Shown: piece after piece, positions 11,343 through 20,818 of the stretch | How the letters are laid out: each line of letters opens with the position of its first letter | Numbering within the stretch: position 1 is the first letter of the stretch | Origin: Terriglobia bacterium | GTDB taxonomy: Bacteria > Acidobacteriota > Terriglobia > Acidiferrales > UBA7541 | Reading direction: 5' to 3' | DNA: 64,000 bases | Assembly: GCA_963695545.1 (NCBI GenBank) | Contig: OY968796.1 | Location: forward strand, 1,536,001-1,600,000 | The notes under the pieces: generated by a model | What the model was told of the DNA's origin: nothing | The model's database searches: none | What the model saw: only the letters and a program-made list of their open reading frames with translations | Position numbers and translations under genes: made by a program

Positions 11343-11521
11343 CGTAAGATAAGCCGCACTCTCTCCGCGACCGGGCCCCGCTGTCGCCCACCGCCCTGAT
11401 AAGCGCTGCTGCATACTGTTGACCCACCCCATTGACCTATAGGCCCCGGCCCGGCACAGACGTCCGCAAGCCCTTGCCTTGTGAGCGCTATACTCGACGT
11501 TCGCTTGCAGAAAGGCCCTTC

Positions 11522-12157
11522 ATGCCCAGCGTCGGCATCCTGATCGTTGACGATGATCGCTCGAGCCAGGCCTCCTTGCGCGAGCTGCTTGGCGCGGAAG
11601 GTTGGCGCGTGGGAATTGTTCCGGTTGCCAGCCAGGCGCTGCCCGAGCTTGCGGGAGGCGATTGGTCCCTGGTGATTGCTAACGTTTCTTTGACCGGCCT
11701 CGAAGGGCCTCTGTTCACGACGCTCAAGGAGCTGGCGCAGGCCGCGCCCCTGGAAAACGGGCACAAGCGCGCCCGCGTGCTGTTTCTGGTGCCGGAGCTG
11801 GCCGGCGCAGTCGCTCAGCCCGTGCTGGAGCGCGAGCACGTGCCGTACGCGCTCAAGCCTTTTCACCTTCACGATTTTCTCGAGAAAGTCAGCGACCTGC
11901 TTCTCGAAACCTCGTCTATCGAAGCCCCCATTCGCAACGTGCGTCCCGATTTCGAGAGGTTCGGCGCGGCGCGCACACTGGGGCGCGTCGAGCGCGAGAA
12001 GGCCGGCTCTCGCAACGCGCCCCGCGCCACGAACATGTTTGCGAAGCGCGAAGATTATCAAATGACCGAGGAAGAAATGATCGAGTACGAAAAGCAGGAA
12101 GCGGCGGAATCGCAGCGCAGGAAGAAAAAGAAGGATCCGAACTCGCGTCTCGGATGA
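11522..12157 (+). CDS. Atypical response-regulator receiver protein
   Basis: ILIVDDD, LKPF..LEKV; phospho-acceptor position reads LVIAN; charged C-terminal tail; TATACT at 11488-11493. Confidence 0.8.
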   Translation: MPSVGILIVDDDRSSQASLRELLGAEGWRVGIVPVASQALPELAGGDWSLVIANVSLTGLEGPLFTTLKELAQAAPLENGHKRARVLFLVPELAGAVAQPVLEREHVPYALKPFHLHDFLEKVSDLLLETSSIEAPIRNVRPDFERFGAARTLGRVEREKAGSRNAPRATNMFAKREDYQMTEEEMIEYEKQEAAESQRRKKKKDPNSRLG

Positions 12158-12211
12158 GACTGTCTGCGCGCTCCGGCGCCTTTGCCTTGAATTCCCGCCA
12201 TGCTGTTGCCA

Positions 12212-12721
12212 TCAAGCTCCAAGCGTTCGATGTTGCTTCTGATGCTTAAGCTTTGCGGTCTCCGTGCGCATTATCTCGGTGGTTTCGCGGAAGAACTTCG
12301 CAATCGCGGTCAACTCCGCCGAATTGTAGTGGCTTGCTGCTCCAGCCATCGCGCGTCCCAATGACTGAAAGATCGGCGCAATTCGTTCCTTGATCTCGCG
12401 CATGTGCCGCGGTTGCACGATCACGCTGCGCCGATCGCTGGGATGTGGCTCACGCCGCGCGTAGCCGGCGTGCTCCAGGCGATCGACCACACCGGTGATG
12501 GCGCCGGTGGTAAATCCGGATAATTCGGCCAGACGGCTTGCCGTCAAAGGCCCGTGCTGATCCAAGAGCCCGAGACACTTCCACTCCGCCGCGCTGATTC
12601 CCAGGTGGGAAGCAATCGCTTCGTGGAAAAAAACCACGGCATTGCTGAGTTCCCGGCCCATCAGCTCCTGATGAGGCGGGGACGAGGCCGGGGTTGCCGA
12701 GCGCGATTTCTTGTTTGGCAT
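12212..12721 (-). CDS. MarR family transcriptional regulator
   Basis: LTASRLAELSGFTTGAITGVVDRLEHAGY..DRRSV winged helix. Confidence 0.92.
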   Translation of the reverse strand: MPNKKSRSATPASSPPHQELMGRELSNAVVFFHEAIASHLGISAAEWKCLGLLDQHGPLTASRLAELSGFTTGAITGVVDRLEHAGYARREPHPSDRRSVIVQPRHMREIKERIAPIFQSLGRAMAGAASHYNSAELTAIAKFFRETTEIMRTETAKLKHQKQHRTLGA

Positions 12722-12726
12722 ATATC

Positions 12727-12758
12727 TATCTTAGATGTAAGATACTTTGCAGCAAGAT
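12727..12758. promoter_or_regulatory. Palindromic MarR-type operator plus adjacent degenerate copy
   Basis: TATCTTA-gatg-TAAGATA (12727-12744) and TACTTTGCAGCAAGAT (12743-12758) in the 59-bp divergent gap. Confidence 0.7.
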
Positions 12759-12780
12759 TATTCTACCAGAAAGCCGAGCC

Positions 12781-13836
12781 ATGCCAAATCGCGAACACTC
12801 CTCACTCATAGCCGTTCCGGGGCGAGAAACATCCCGGTGGCGGCGCATCGGTCCGATCGTCGCCCTGTTGTTGCTCGCGCCGGTTATCGCCGAAGTGCTC
12901 TTTGGATCCACTCGCCTTAGTGTGATCTTGGTTCTGATCCCCGAGATCCTCACGTGGGGCTGCGGCGCTTTGCTGATCCGCGAGTGCGTGCGGCGATGGC
13001 GCAAGGGCTGGCAAAGCATGTTGCTGTTAGGACTGGCCCTGGCCGTGGCCGAGGAGTGGGTGATCCAGCAGACCTCCATTTCGCCACTGGTCAGCCTCGG
13101 CCAACACGGATACGGCCGTGTCTGGGGTGTGAACTGGGTCTATTTCTTGTGGGCGCTAGGTTATGAAAGCGTTTGGGTTGTCCTGGTTCCCGTGCAACTC
13201 GTCGAATTGATTTTCCAAGACAGGCGCGAGGAGTTATGGTTGCGCGCGCGTGGTCTCGTTTTCGTGAGCATGGCTTTCTTACTGGGCGCCTGCATGGCGT
13301 GGTACGGATGGACTCAGCGGGCTCGCGTCAAGATTTTCCACATGCAGCCTTACAGTCCTTCGGCTCTCTGCCTGCTCATCGGACTTGGCTCGATCCTGCT
13401 GCTCATCCTTGCCGCATACGCGTTGCCCTCAGGGCGTCCGCAAGGCGGCGATTCCGCTTCGCGCTCCGCACCGCCTCCGTGGGCAGTGGGAGCAGCCATC
13501 TTCGCGCTCGGCGCGGCGTGGGCCGTGTTCGTCGAGCTCGGATGGGGCGTTGGTTCACTTCCCGGTGCGCCGGTTGGATTCGTTCTGGCAAGTGGAATTG
13601 CATGGGTTGCTCTTACTTTTTTCCTTGTGCGGCGATGGACCTTCAGCGTTGACTGGAACGACGCGCACCGTTTTGCGCTGGTGTTCGGCGCAGTGGTCGC
13701 CTGCGTGCTCGGAGGGTTTGTCGATTACAAAATCGGCGGAGCATTGCGCATCGATTGGATCGGCAAGTTCGTGTTCAATGCGGCCGCGGTAGCGTGGCTC
13801 GTCTGGTTCCGGCGCAACGTAGCGCGACGCACGTGA
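12781..13836 (+). CDS. Multi-pass membrane protein of unknown function
   Basis: About ten hydrophobic segments; divergent from marR. Confidence 0.75.
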   Translation: MPNREHSSLIAVPGRETSRWRRIGPIVALLLLAPVIAEVLFGSTRLSVILVLIPEILTWGCGALLIRECVRRWRKGWQSMLLLGLALAVAEEWVIQQTSISPLVSLGQHGYGRVWGVNWVYFLWALGYESVWVVLVPVQLVELIFQDRREELWLRARGLVFVSMAFLLGACMAWYGWTQRARVKIFHMQPYSPSALCLLIGLGSILLLILAAYALPSGRPQGGDSASRSAPPPWAVGAAIFALGAAWAVFVELGWGVGSLPGAPVGFVLASGIAWVALTFFLVRRWTFSVDWNDAHRFALVFGAVVACVLGGFVDYKIGGALRIDWIGKFVFNAAAVAWLVWFRRNVARRT

Positions 13837-13925
13837 CATAGCCGGTTCTATCTGTCGCTGTGGCGTTTTCCCATACCCTTATCGCGCAATGTCCCACAAT
13901 CCGAAAACCGACTTATGATGTAGGC

Positions 13926-14921
13926 GTGCCAACACTGCTCGATCTGCGACGTCTGACGGTGGAATTGCCGACGCCGGGCGGTTGGGTGCGTCCGGTGAAC
14001 GACGTAAGTCTTGCGCTCGTCGCCGGAGAGACGCTGGGCCTGGTGGGCGAATCCGGCAGCGGGAAGACCATGTTGTCGCTCGCGCTGATGGGTCTTCTGC
14101 CGCGCGGCGCGCGCGTGATGGGACAAGCGTGGTTGGCGGGAAGCAACGGCGATCTCGATGGACGGCGCGAATTGCTAGCGCTCGACTCGGCCGGGCGCGC
14201 CGAGCTGCGAGGCCGATCGCTGGCCATGATTTTTCAGGAGCCGATGACCTCGCTCAATCCCGTGATGCGCGTCGGCGCGCAGGTGGCGGAGGCCGTGCGC
14301 GTGGGCGGCGGAGCAGCATGTCCGCGGCCAGAAGTGGAGCGGCGCGTTCTCGAAGCGTTCGAGCGCGCGCGCATTCCCGATCCCGAAATGCGCGCACGGC
14401 AATTTCCCCATCAGCTCTCGGGCGGATTGCGGCAGCGCGTGATGATCGCCATGGCCGTGGCCAGCGGGCCGCGCCTGCTGATTGCCGACGAGCCGACCAC
14501 CGCGCTCGACGTTACGGTGCAGGAGCAAATCCTTGAATTACTGGCTACGCTGCGGACGGAACTGGGTCTCACGTTGCTGTTCATAACGCACGATCTTGCC
14601 GTGGTCGCGCGAGTGGCGCAGCGCATCGCCGTGCTCTACGCTGGCCGCGTGGTTGAGGTGGGGCCAGTGGATGAAATTCTGGCGCGGCCGCGTCATCCTT
14701 ATACTGAAGGGCTGCTGCGCGCCTCGCCGAGATTGAAACGCGAGCGGCTTGAGCCGATTCCCGGCGCCGTACCGCGTCTTGACGCGTTGCCGGCGGGCTG
14801 CGCGTTTGCGCCGCGCTGTCCGTACGTTCGCGCGGAGTGCGAGCAAGCGGTGCCGCAGCTTCGGCGCGCCGGACCTGATCATTTTGCGCGTTGCATCCTT
14901 GTGGAGGAGGCCGCTTCGTGA
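13926..14921 (+). CDS. Oligopeptide/dipeptide ABC transporter ATP-binding protein (OppD/DppD-like)
   Basis: [41 protein letters not shown]-terminal Cys cluster; GTG at 13926. Confidence 0.92.
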   Translation: MPTLLDLRRLTVELPTPGGWVRPVNDVSLALVAGETLGLVGESGSGKTMLSLALMGLLPRGARVMGQAWLAGSNGDLDGRRELLALDSAGRAELRGRSLAMIFQEPMTSLNPVMRVGAQVAEAVRVGGGAACPRPEVERRVLEAFERARIPDPEMRARQFPHQLSGGLRQRVMIAMAVASGPRLLIADEPTTALDVTVQEQILELLATLRTELGLTLLFITHDLAVVARVAQRIAVLYAGRVVEVGPVDEILARPRHPYTEGLLRASPRLKRERLEPIPGAVPRLDALPAGCAFAPRCPYVRAECEQAVPQLRRAGPDHFARCILVEEAAS

Positions 14922-15721
14922 CGCGACACGAAAAAGAGCATCTCGAACTGATCCGCGAGCGCTTCACGCGCACCGCCGAAGAGTTCTCAAAATTCGTGGA
15001 GGCGCGCCGCGCGGGCGAAGGCGAGCGGCTCACGCGCATGCTCCTGGCAGGATGGGTGGCGGCCGAAGAAGCGTTCGCGCTCGATGTGGCTTGCGGACCG
15101 GGCACGTTCACGCTCCCTCTCGCGGCGCGCACGCGGAAAACCTGGGGCCTTGATTTCACCGCCGCGATGCTCGAGCAAGCGCGCGCGGGCGCCAAGCGCG
15201 CGGGACGGCGGAACACGGCATTCCTGCATGGCAGTGTTTACGCCCTGCCGTTTCGCGACGCGGCGCTGGACGCCGTGATCTGCGGTTACTGCTTCCACCA
15301 TTTTCAGCAGCCCGATCGCGCCCTGGCCGAGATGTTGCGCGTGACCAAGCCCGGTGGCCGCGTGGGATTGGCGGACCTTGTTGTTCCACTGGGCGGCGAC
15401 GCCAAGCGCCACGACGCGATCGAGCGAGCGCGCGATCCCTCGCACGCCTCCACGCTGACTGCCATCAAATTGCGCGGTCTGTTCGCCACAACCGGATTGC
15501 GTGTGATCGCCGAAGAGCGCTGCGAGAACGTGCGCGCTTTCGAGGAATGGATGCGCGTGGGCGGCCACGAAAAAGAAAGCAACGTTTACGGCGAAGTGGA
15601 AGCATTGATGGAAGCGACGTTGGCCGGCGATGCCGCAGGTTTTCGTCCGCGGCGCAACGAATCGGGCGGGCTCGAATTCGTGCAGACCACGCTGTTCCTG
15701 ATCGCGGAGAAGCCGCGGTGA
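14918..15721 (+). CDS. Class I SAM-dependent methyltransferase
   Basis: LDVACGPG, LPFRDAALD, FHHF, RVTKPGG; GTGA overlaps with both neighbours; GGAGGAGG RBS. Confidence 0.9.
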   Translation: MTRHEKEHLELIRERFTRTAEEFSKFVEARRAGEGERLTRMLLAGWVAAEEAFALDVACGPGTFTLPLAARTRKTWGLDFTAAMLEQARAGAKRAGRRNTAFLHGSVYALPFRDAALDAVICGYCFHHFQQPDRALAEMLRVTKPGGRVGLADLVVPLGGDAKRHDAIERARDPSHASTLTAIKLRGLFATTGLRVIAEERCENVRAFEEWMRVGGHEKESNVYGEVEALMEATLAGDAAGFRPRRNESGGLEFVQTTLFLIAEKPR

Positions 15722-16527
15722 GCGCCGCGCCCGGCGCTCCGTTGCTTCAGGCGCGCGATCTGCGCAAAACGTTCGTCGCGCCCGCCGGCGGATTTTCTCG
15801 CGCTGCGCGGCGAATCGTCGCGGTTGACGGCGTCAGCCTGGAGCTCGCTGCCGGCGAAACCCTCGCGATTGTCGGCGAATCCGGCAGCGGGAAAACCACA
15901 CTCGCGCGATTGCTCATGCGCCTCGAAGAGCCGGACGCCGGCGCGATCCAGTTCGATGGCGAAGATTTCCTCGCCGCGCGCGGCACTCGCCTGCGCGCGC
16001 TGCGCCGCGAGATGCAAATGGTTTTTCAGGATCCGTACGCGTCGCTCGATCCGCGGCTTTCGGTCGAAGCGCAGGTCGGCGAACCTCTCGCGATTCATCA
16101 GGCGCAATTGGGCCGCGCCGCGCGCCGCGCGCGCGTTGTTGAAGCGCTCGAAGCCGTGGGCCTGGGCGCCGAAGCGCTCGCGCGCTACCCGCACGAATTT
16201 TCCGGCGGACAGCGGCAGCGCATCGGAATTGCGCGCGCGCTGGTGCTGCGGCCGAAACTCGTGGTGGCTGACGAGCCGGTCTCGGCGCTGGACGTTTCCG
16301 TCGGCGCGCAGATTCTGGCGTTGCTCGCGCAATTGCAGCGCACTTACGCGCTCACTTATCTGATCGTGTCCCACAGCCTGCCGGTTGTTGCGCAGCTTGC
16401 GGCGCGCATCGCCGTGATGCAAGGCGGCCGCGTTGTGGAAACGGGCTCTGCCGAGCAGATTCTCGAGCACCCGGCTCATCCTTATACTCAGGCGCTCGTC
16501 GCCGCCGTGCCCGCGCTTCCGTCCTGA
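15718..16527 (+). CDS. Oligopeptide/dipeptide ABC transporter ATP-binding protein (OppF/DppF-like)
   Basis: [41 protein letters not shown]. Confidence 0.92.
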   Translation: MSAAPGAPLLQARDLRKTFVAPAGGFSRAARRIVAVDGVSLELAAGETLAIVGESGSGKTTLARLLMRLEEPDAGAIQFDGEDFLAARGTRLRALRREMQMVFQDPYASLDPRLSVEAQVGEPLAIHQAQLGRAARRARVVEALEAVGLGAEALARYPHEFSGGQRQRIGIARALVLRPKLVVADEPVSALDVSVGAQILALLAQLQRTYALTYLIVSHSLPVVAQLAARIAVMQGGRVVETGSAEQILEHPAHPYTQALVAAVPALPS

Positions 16528-16642
16528 ACTGTGCGGCAAGCAAGACCATCCGGTGCGGCGCGAGAAAAAGCGAAACTTATTGGCAACGCCTCTCGATAGG
16601 GGCTAGAATCCCCGCCGACTCGCCATACGGAGGAGTCCTCCC

Positions 16643-17392
16643 ATGTCCAGCCCCACCAGCATTCCCGTGCCAGAAGCCCCGGCGGAGATCGGCTCGATCG
16701 GACGTCTCGTCGGCGCGATCGTCAATCCCAAGCCGACGTTTGAGTCTATTGTCCGCCGGCCCGATTGGATTCTTCCCATCATTCTCGGATGCCTGATTTT
16801 CATGGCGGTCGTTGCCGCGTTTACCTATCGCGGTGGTTGGCCGAGTTTTTTTGAAAAGCAGGCCGCGAACAACTCGCGCATGGAGCAGATGACCCCGGAG
16901 GCCCGCGAGTCGTTGATCGAAAAGCAGGAAAAAATTGCGCCGGCATTTGGTTACATCGAGGGCGCAGTCTTGCCTTTTCTGAGCGTGCTCGTAGTTTCCG
17001 GCGTGCTCCTCGGCGCCTTCACGATGACGGGCGGAACCAAGACCACTTTCAAGACGTCGCTGGGAATCGCCGCCTATGCGGGTTTGCCGTGGGTGATCAA
17101 CGGACTGCTTGGCGTCTTAGTTATATTTTTGAAGGATCCTGCCTCGGTAGATTTGCAAAACCTGGTAGCCTCGAATCCGGGCGCGTTCCTCGCGAGCGAT
17201 GCACCGAAATGGCTCGCCGCGCTACTCACTTCCATTGATATCTTTGCAATCTGGAACATCGCTTTGATCGGGCTGGGATTCAGCGTGATCAACCCGAAAA
17301 AACTTTCTTTTGGCAAGGCCTTCGGCACGGTCCTCGTGCTTTGGATGTTTTACGTCGCGGTGAAAGTGGGCGCGATCGCGTTGCTCACTTAA
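16643..17392 (+). CDS. Yip1 family membrane protein
   Basis: GGAGGAG RBS; NPKPTFESI..RP, five hydrophobic segments, IDIFAIW. Confidence 0.8.
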   Translation: MSSPTSIPVPEAPAEIGSIGRLVGAIVNPKPTFESIVRRPDWILPIILGCLIFMAVVAAFTYRGGWPSFFEKQAANNSRMEQMTPEARESLIEKQEKIAPAFGYIEGAVLPFLSVLVVSGVLLGAFTMTGGTKTTFKTSLGIAAYAGLPWVINGLLGVLVIFLKDPASVDLQNLVASNPGAFLASDAPKWLAALLTSIDIFAIWNIALIGLGFSVINPKKLSFGKAFGTVLVLWMFYVAVKVGAIALLT

Positions 17393-17505
17393 ATTTCTTT
17401 CGCCGGCGATGCGCACGATCCTGCGCGGCCCGCGATTTTGCGAACAAGTTCCTTCGACTCCGCGCTCCGCTTAGAGCCTGCCGGCACTCTGATAAACTCC
17501 ATTGC

Positions 17506-18639
17506 ATGGAATTTCGCTTCGAGGTGTTGAAGACCGATCCCAGCGGCGCGCGCCTCGGCCGGCTGACCACGCCGCACGGCACGATTGACACGCCGGCGTT
17601 CATGCCCGTCGGCACCGCGGCGACGGTGAAGGGCCTGACGCAGCAGACGCTCGAAGAACTGGGCGTGGGCATCCTGCTGGCCAACACCTATCATCTTTAT
17701 CTGCGTCCCGGTCACGAGCTGATTGCGCGCATGGGCGGGCTGCACCGTTTCATGTCCTGGCCGGGCGCGATCCTCACCGATTCCGGCGGCTATCAAGTCT
17801 TCAGCCTCGCGAAACTCCGCAAGGTCTCGGACGAAGGCGTGCGCTTCCGCTCGCATCTCGATGGCTCCGAACACATGCTCACGCCCGAGAAGTCGATCGA
17901 AGTGCAGCAGGCGCTCGGTTCCGATATCGCCATGGTGCTCGACGAATGCATCGAATATCCCGCCGATCGCGCCCGCGCCGAACAAGCTCTGGCGCGCACG
18001 ACGGAATGGGCGCGGCGCTGTCGCGATTACGCGCGCGCGCACGCAAGCCCGACGAATCCCGGCCAGCAGCTTTTCGGCATCGTGCAAGGCGGAACGTTCG
18101 CCGATCTGCGCCGCGCGAGCGCGCGCCAGCTTGTCGACCTAGATTTTCCCGGATACGCCGTCGGCGGCCTCGCGGTTGGCGAGCCGCAAGAGATGAGCCG
18201 CGAAATGACCGCCGAAGCCACCGCGCTGCTTCCGCCGGAGCGGCCGCGCTATCTGATGGGCGTCGGTTTGCCCGAGCAGCTTCCGGATTTCGTGCGCTGC
18301 GGCGTGGATATGATGGATTGCGTTCTGCCCACACGCAACGCGCGCAACGGTTGCTTGTTCACGAGCGGCGGGCGCCTCGCGATTCGCAACGCCTGCTTCG
18401 CCGACGATGCACGCCCATTGGACGAAGCCTGCGCGTGCGCAGTTTGCGCGCGTTATTCGCGCGCGTATTTGCGACATCTGTACATGTCGGGAGAAATGCT
18501 CGGTCCGATTTTGGGCAGCCACCACAACGTCCACTTTTTTCTTGACATCATGAGTCAAATCCGCAACGCTATCGCGTTTGGGAACCTCTCAGGATTCTCC
18601 TCTGAGCTTCAGACCCGACTCGGAGCGGGCCATTCCTGA
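17506..18639 (+). CDS. tgt: tRNA-guanine(34) transglycosylase
   Basis: TPAFMPVGT, NTYHLYLRPG, DSGGYQV, LDEC, GGLAVGE, CACAVC zinc site; precedes yajC-secD-secF. Confidence 0.97.
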   Translation: MEFRFEVLKTDPSGARLGRLTTPHGTIDTPAFMPVGTAATVKGLTQQTLEELGVGILLANTYHLYLRPGHELIARMGGLHRFMSWPGAILTDSGGYQVFSLAKLRKVSDEGVRFRSHLDGSEHMLTPEKSIEVQQALGSDIAMVLDECIEYPADRARAEQALARTTEWARRCRDYARAHASPTNPGQQLFGIVQGGTFADLRRASARQLVDLDFPGYAVGGLAVGEPQEMSREMTAEATALLPPERPRYLMGVGLPEQLPDFVRCGVDMMDCVLPTRNARNGCLFTSGGRLAIRNACFADDARPLDEACACAVCARYSRAYLRHLYMSGEMLGPILGSHHNVHFFLDIMSQIRNAIAFGNLSGFSSELQTRLGAGHS

Positions 18640-18723
18640 ATCGAGCGGCATCCGGCGCACTGGCCGGATGGCCCGCACAGACTCCCGGTACGTAAGGACG
18701 CGCGAATTTCACAAGGCATTTCT

Positions 18724-19068
18724 ATGACCTCGCAAATGGCAATAGCGATTCCGACGGCGCACCACTGGCTCCTTCCCGCGGGCCAATCGGCCAGCGGCTT
18801 GATTGCGTTTGCTCCGCTGCTCGTGATCATGGTTATTTTTTATGTCCTTTTGATTCTCCCCGCACAACGCCGCCAGAAGAAAACCCAGCAAATGTTGAGC
18901 GCCCTCAAGAACGGCGATAAGGTCGTCACCAATGGCGGCCTCTACGGAACGATCGTGGGCCTCGAAGACGACGCGATTCAACTTCGCATCGCCGACAATG
19001 TGAAGGTTAAGGTCGCGCGGTCGGCCATCGCCGGCGTGCAACCGGGGGAAGAGAAAAAAGAGGAGTGA
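18724..19068 (+). CDS. yajC: Preprotein translocase subunit YajC
   Basis: TM helix then LKNGDKVVTNGGLYGTI; synteny. Confidence 0.95.
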   Translation: MTSQMAIAIPTAHHWLLPAGQSASGLIAFAPLLVIMVIFYVLLILPAQRRQKKTQQMLSALKNGDKVVTNGGLYGTIVGLEDDAIQLRIADNVKVKVARSAIAGVQPGEEKKEE

Positions 19069-19108
19069 TCGGCCCCGGACGTTCGGTCGCGAGGCATCCC
19101 AGCCACCC

Positions 19109-20731
19109 ATGACTTCGAACCTCAGATGGAAGGCCCTGTTCATCCTGCTCGTGATGCTGGCGTGTATTTTCGGCCTGATTGGCATTCCGAATTCGCCAAC
19201 TTCGTGGACGGCCATCAAGGAGAATTTCGCGCAGCGCATCAAACTCGGGCTTGATCTGCAGGGCGGCACGCATTTGATCCTGCAAGTGCAGGTGCAGGAA
19301 GCCGTGAGTCTTACCACCGATCAGATTCTCGATCACCTCACCACGCAACTCCGCGAAAAATCGATTCACACCGATCAGCCTGTCAAGCAAAGCGACACGC
19401 AAATCCTGGTCCACAATGTTTCGCCCGATCAATCGAGCCCTTTCCGCGACCTCGTCACCGAAAATTTTCCCGATTGGGATGTCGCGCCCGCCCCCGGCGA
19501 ATCGAACGGCTATCTTCTGACAATCAAGCCCTCCGCAATTGCCGCCATCGACGAACAGACCATGACGCAGTCGGTCGAGACCATCGGACGCCGCATTGAT
19601 CAGCTCGGCTTGACCGAACCCGTCGTGGAAGCCTACGGCCGCGGCGAAAATGAGATTCTCGTCGAACTGCCCGGTGAGAGCGATCCGACGCGTGCCAAGG
19701 CCGTCATCCAGGCGGGCGGGCAACTCGAGCTCCGCCGCGTCGAAGATCCGAATCCCTATCCGTCCGAAGTGGAAGCGCTCGCCGCGCATGGTGGCGTGCT
19801 GCCGCCTGGAACCGAACTCGTTCCGGGTAGTTCGGGCAGTACGGATGCGGAGCAGGCCGGACAAGTCTGGTACTTGCTCGATCGCGACTCAATTATCACC
19901 GGACGCGACATTCGTAACGCCACGGCCGTGCCGAGCACTGACAATCCCGGATATTACGAAGTCTCCTTCACGCTTTCCACGGACGCTGCCCGGCGGTTTG
20001 GACCGTTCACCGAGGCCAACATTGGCCGGCCCATGGCTATCGTGCTCGATCACAAGGTTCAGTCCGCGCCGGTGATCGATGGTCGCATTGACGATTCCGG
20101 CGTGATCAGAGGCCAGTTCGGCGAGCAATCCGCCAACGATTTGGCGTTGGTGCTGCGCGCCGGAGCACTGCCGGCCTCGATTGTGTATCTGGACGAGAGC
20201 ACTGTCGGCCCCTCCCTGGGCGCGGACTCGATTCGCCACGGCGTGCAGGCTTCGATCGTAAGCCTCCTGGTGGTGCTGGTATTCATGGTGGTCTATTACA
20301 GATTGTCCGGCGTCAACGCGGTCGTCGCGTTGTTGTTCAACCTTTTGATTCTGCTCGCGGCGCTTGCGTACTTCGGCGCTGTGCTCACGCTGCCCGGAAT
20401 CGCCGGCGTGATTCTGACCATCGGCATGGGCGTCGATTCGAACGTCCTGATTTTCGAGCGCATCCGTGAAGAGCTGCGCGCGTCGAAGGCGCCGGTTTCG
20501 GCCGTGGATATCGGATTCAAGCGCGCCTTCCTGACGATCATCGATACCCACGTCACCACCATGGTTTCGGCGTTGTTCCTGGGAGTTTTCGGCTCCGGAC
20601 CCGTGCGCGGTTTTGCCGTCACGCTCGTGGTTGGCTTGGCGGCCAATCTGTTTACGTCGGTTTACGTTTCGCGCGTGATTTTTGATTGGCACCTCGCGAA
20701 GATGCCCCGTAACGGGGAGTTGAGTATCTAA
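19109..20731 (+). CDS. secD: Protein translocase subunit SecD
   Basis: LGLDLQGG, RIDQLG, LRAGALPA, GPSLG, GMGVDSNVLIFERIREE. Confidence 0.97.
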   Translation: MTSNLRWKALFILLVMLACIFGLIGIPNSPTSWTAIKENFAQRIKLGLDLQGGTHLILQVQVQEAVSLTTDQILDHLTTQLREKSIHTDQPVKQSDTQILVHNVSPDQSSPFRDLVTENFPDWDVAPAPGESNGYLLTIKPSAIAAIDEQTMTQSVETIGRRIDQLGLTEPVVEAYGRGENEILVELPGESDPTRAKAVIQAGGQLELRRVEDPNPYPSEVEALAAHGGVLPPGTELVPGSSGSTDAEQAGQVWYLLDRDSIITGRDIRNATAVPSTDNPGYYEVSFTLSTDAARRFGPFTEANIGRPMAIVLDHKVQSAPVIDGRIDDSGVIRGQFGEQSANDLALVLRAGALPASIVYLDESTVGPSLGADSIRHGVQASIVSLLVVLVFMVVYYRLSGVNAVVALLFNLLILLAALAYFGAVLTLPGIAGVILTIGMGVDSNVLIFERIREELRASKAPVSAVDIGFKRAFLTIIDTHVTTMVSALFLGVFGSGPVRGFAVTLVVGLAANLFTSVYVSRVIFDWHLAKMPRNGELSI

Positions 20732-20818
20732 GGTTTTGCAGTGGGCCGCCCGCCGAAGGCAAGGCGACGCGGGAACTAAATCACCGTAATCGGTGTCTAA
20801 TGGGATGCGACAGAAGAT

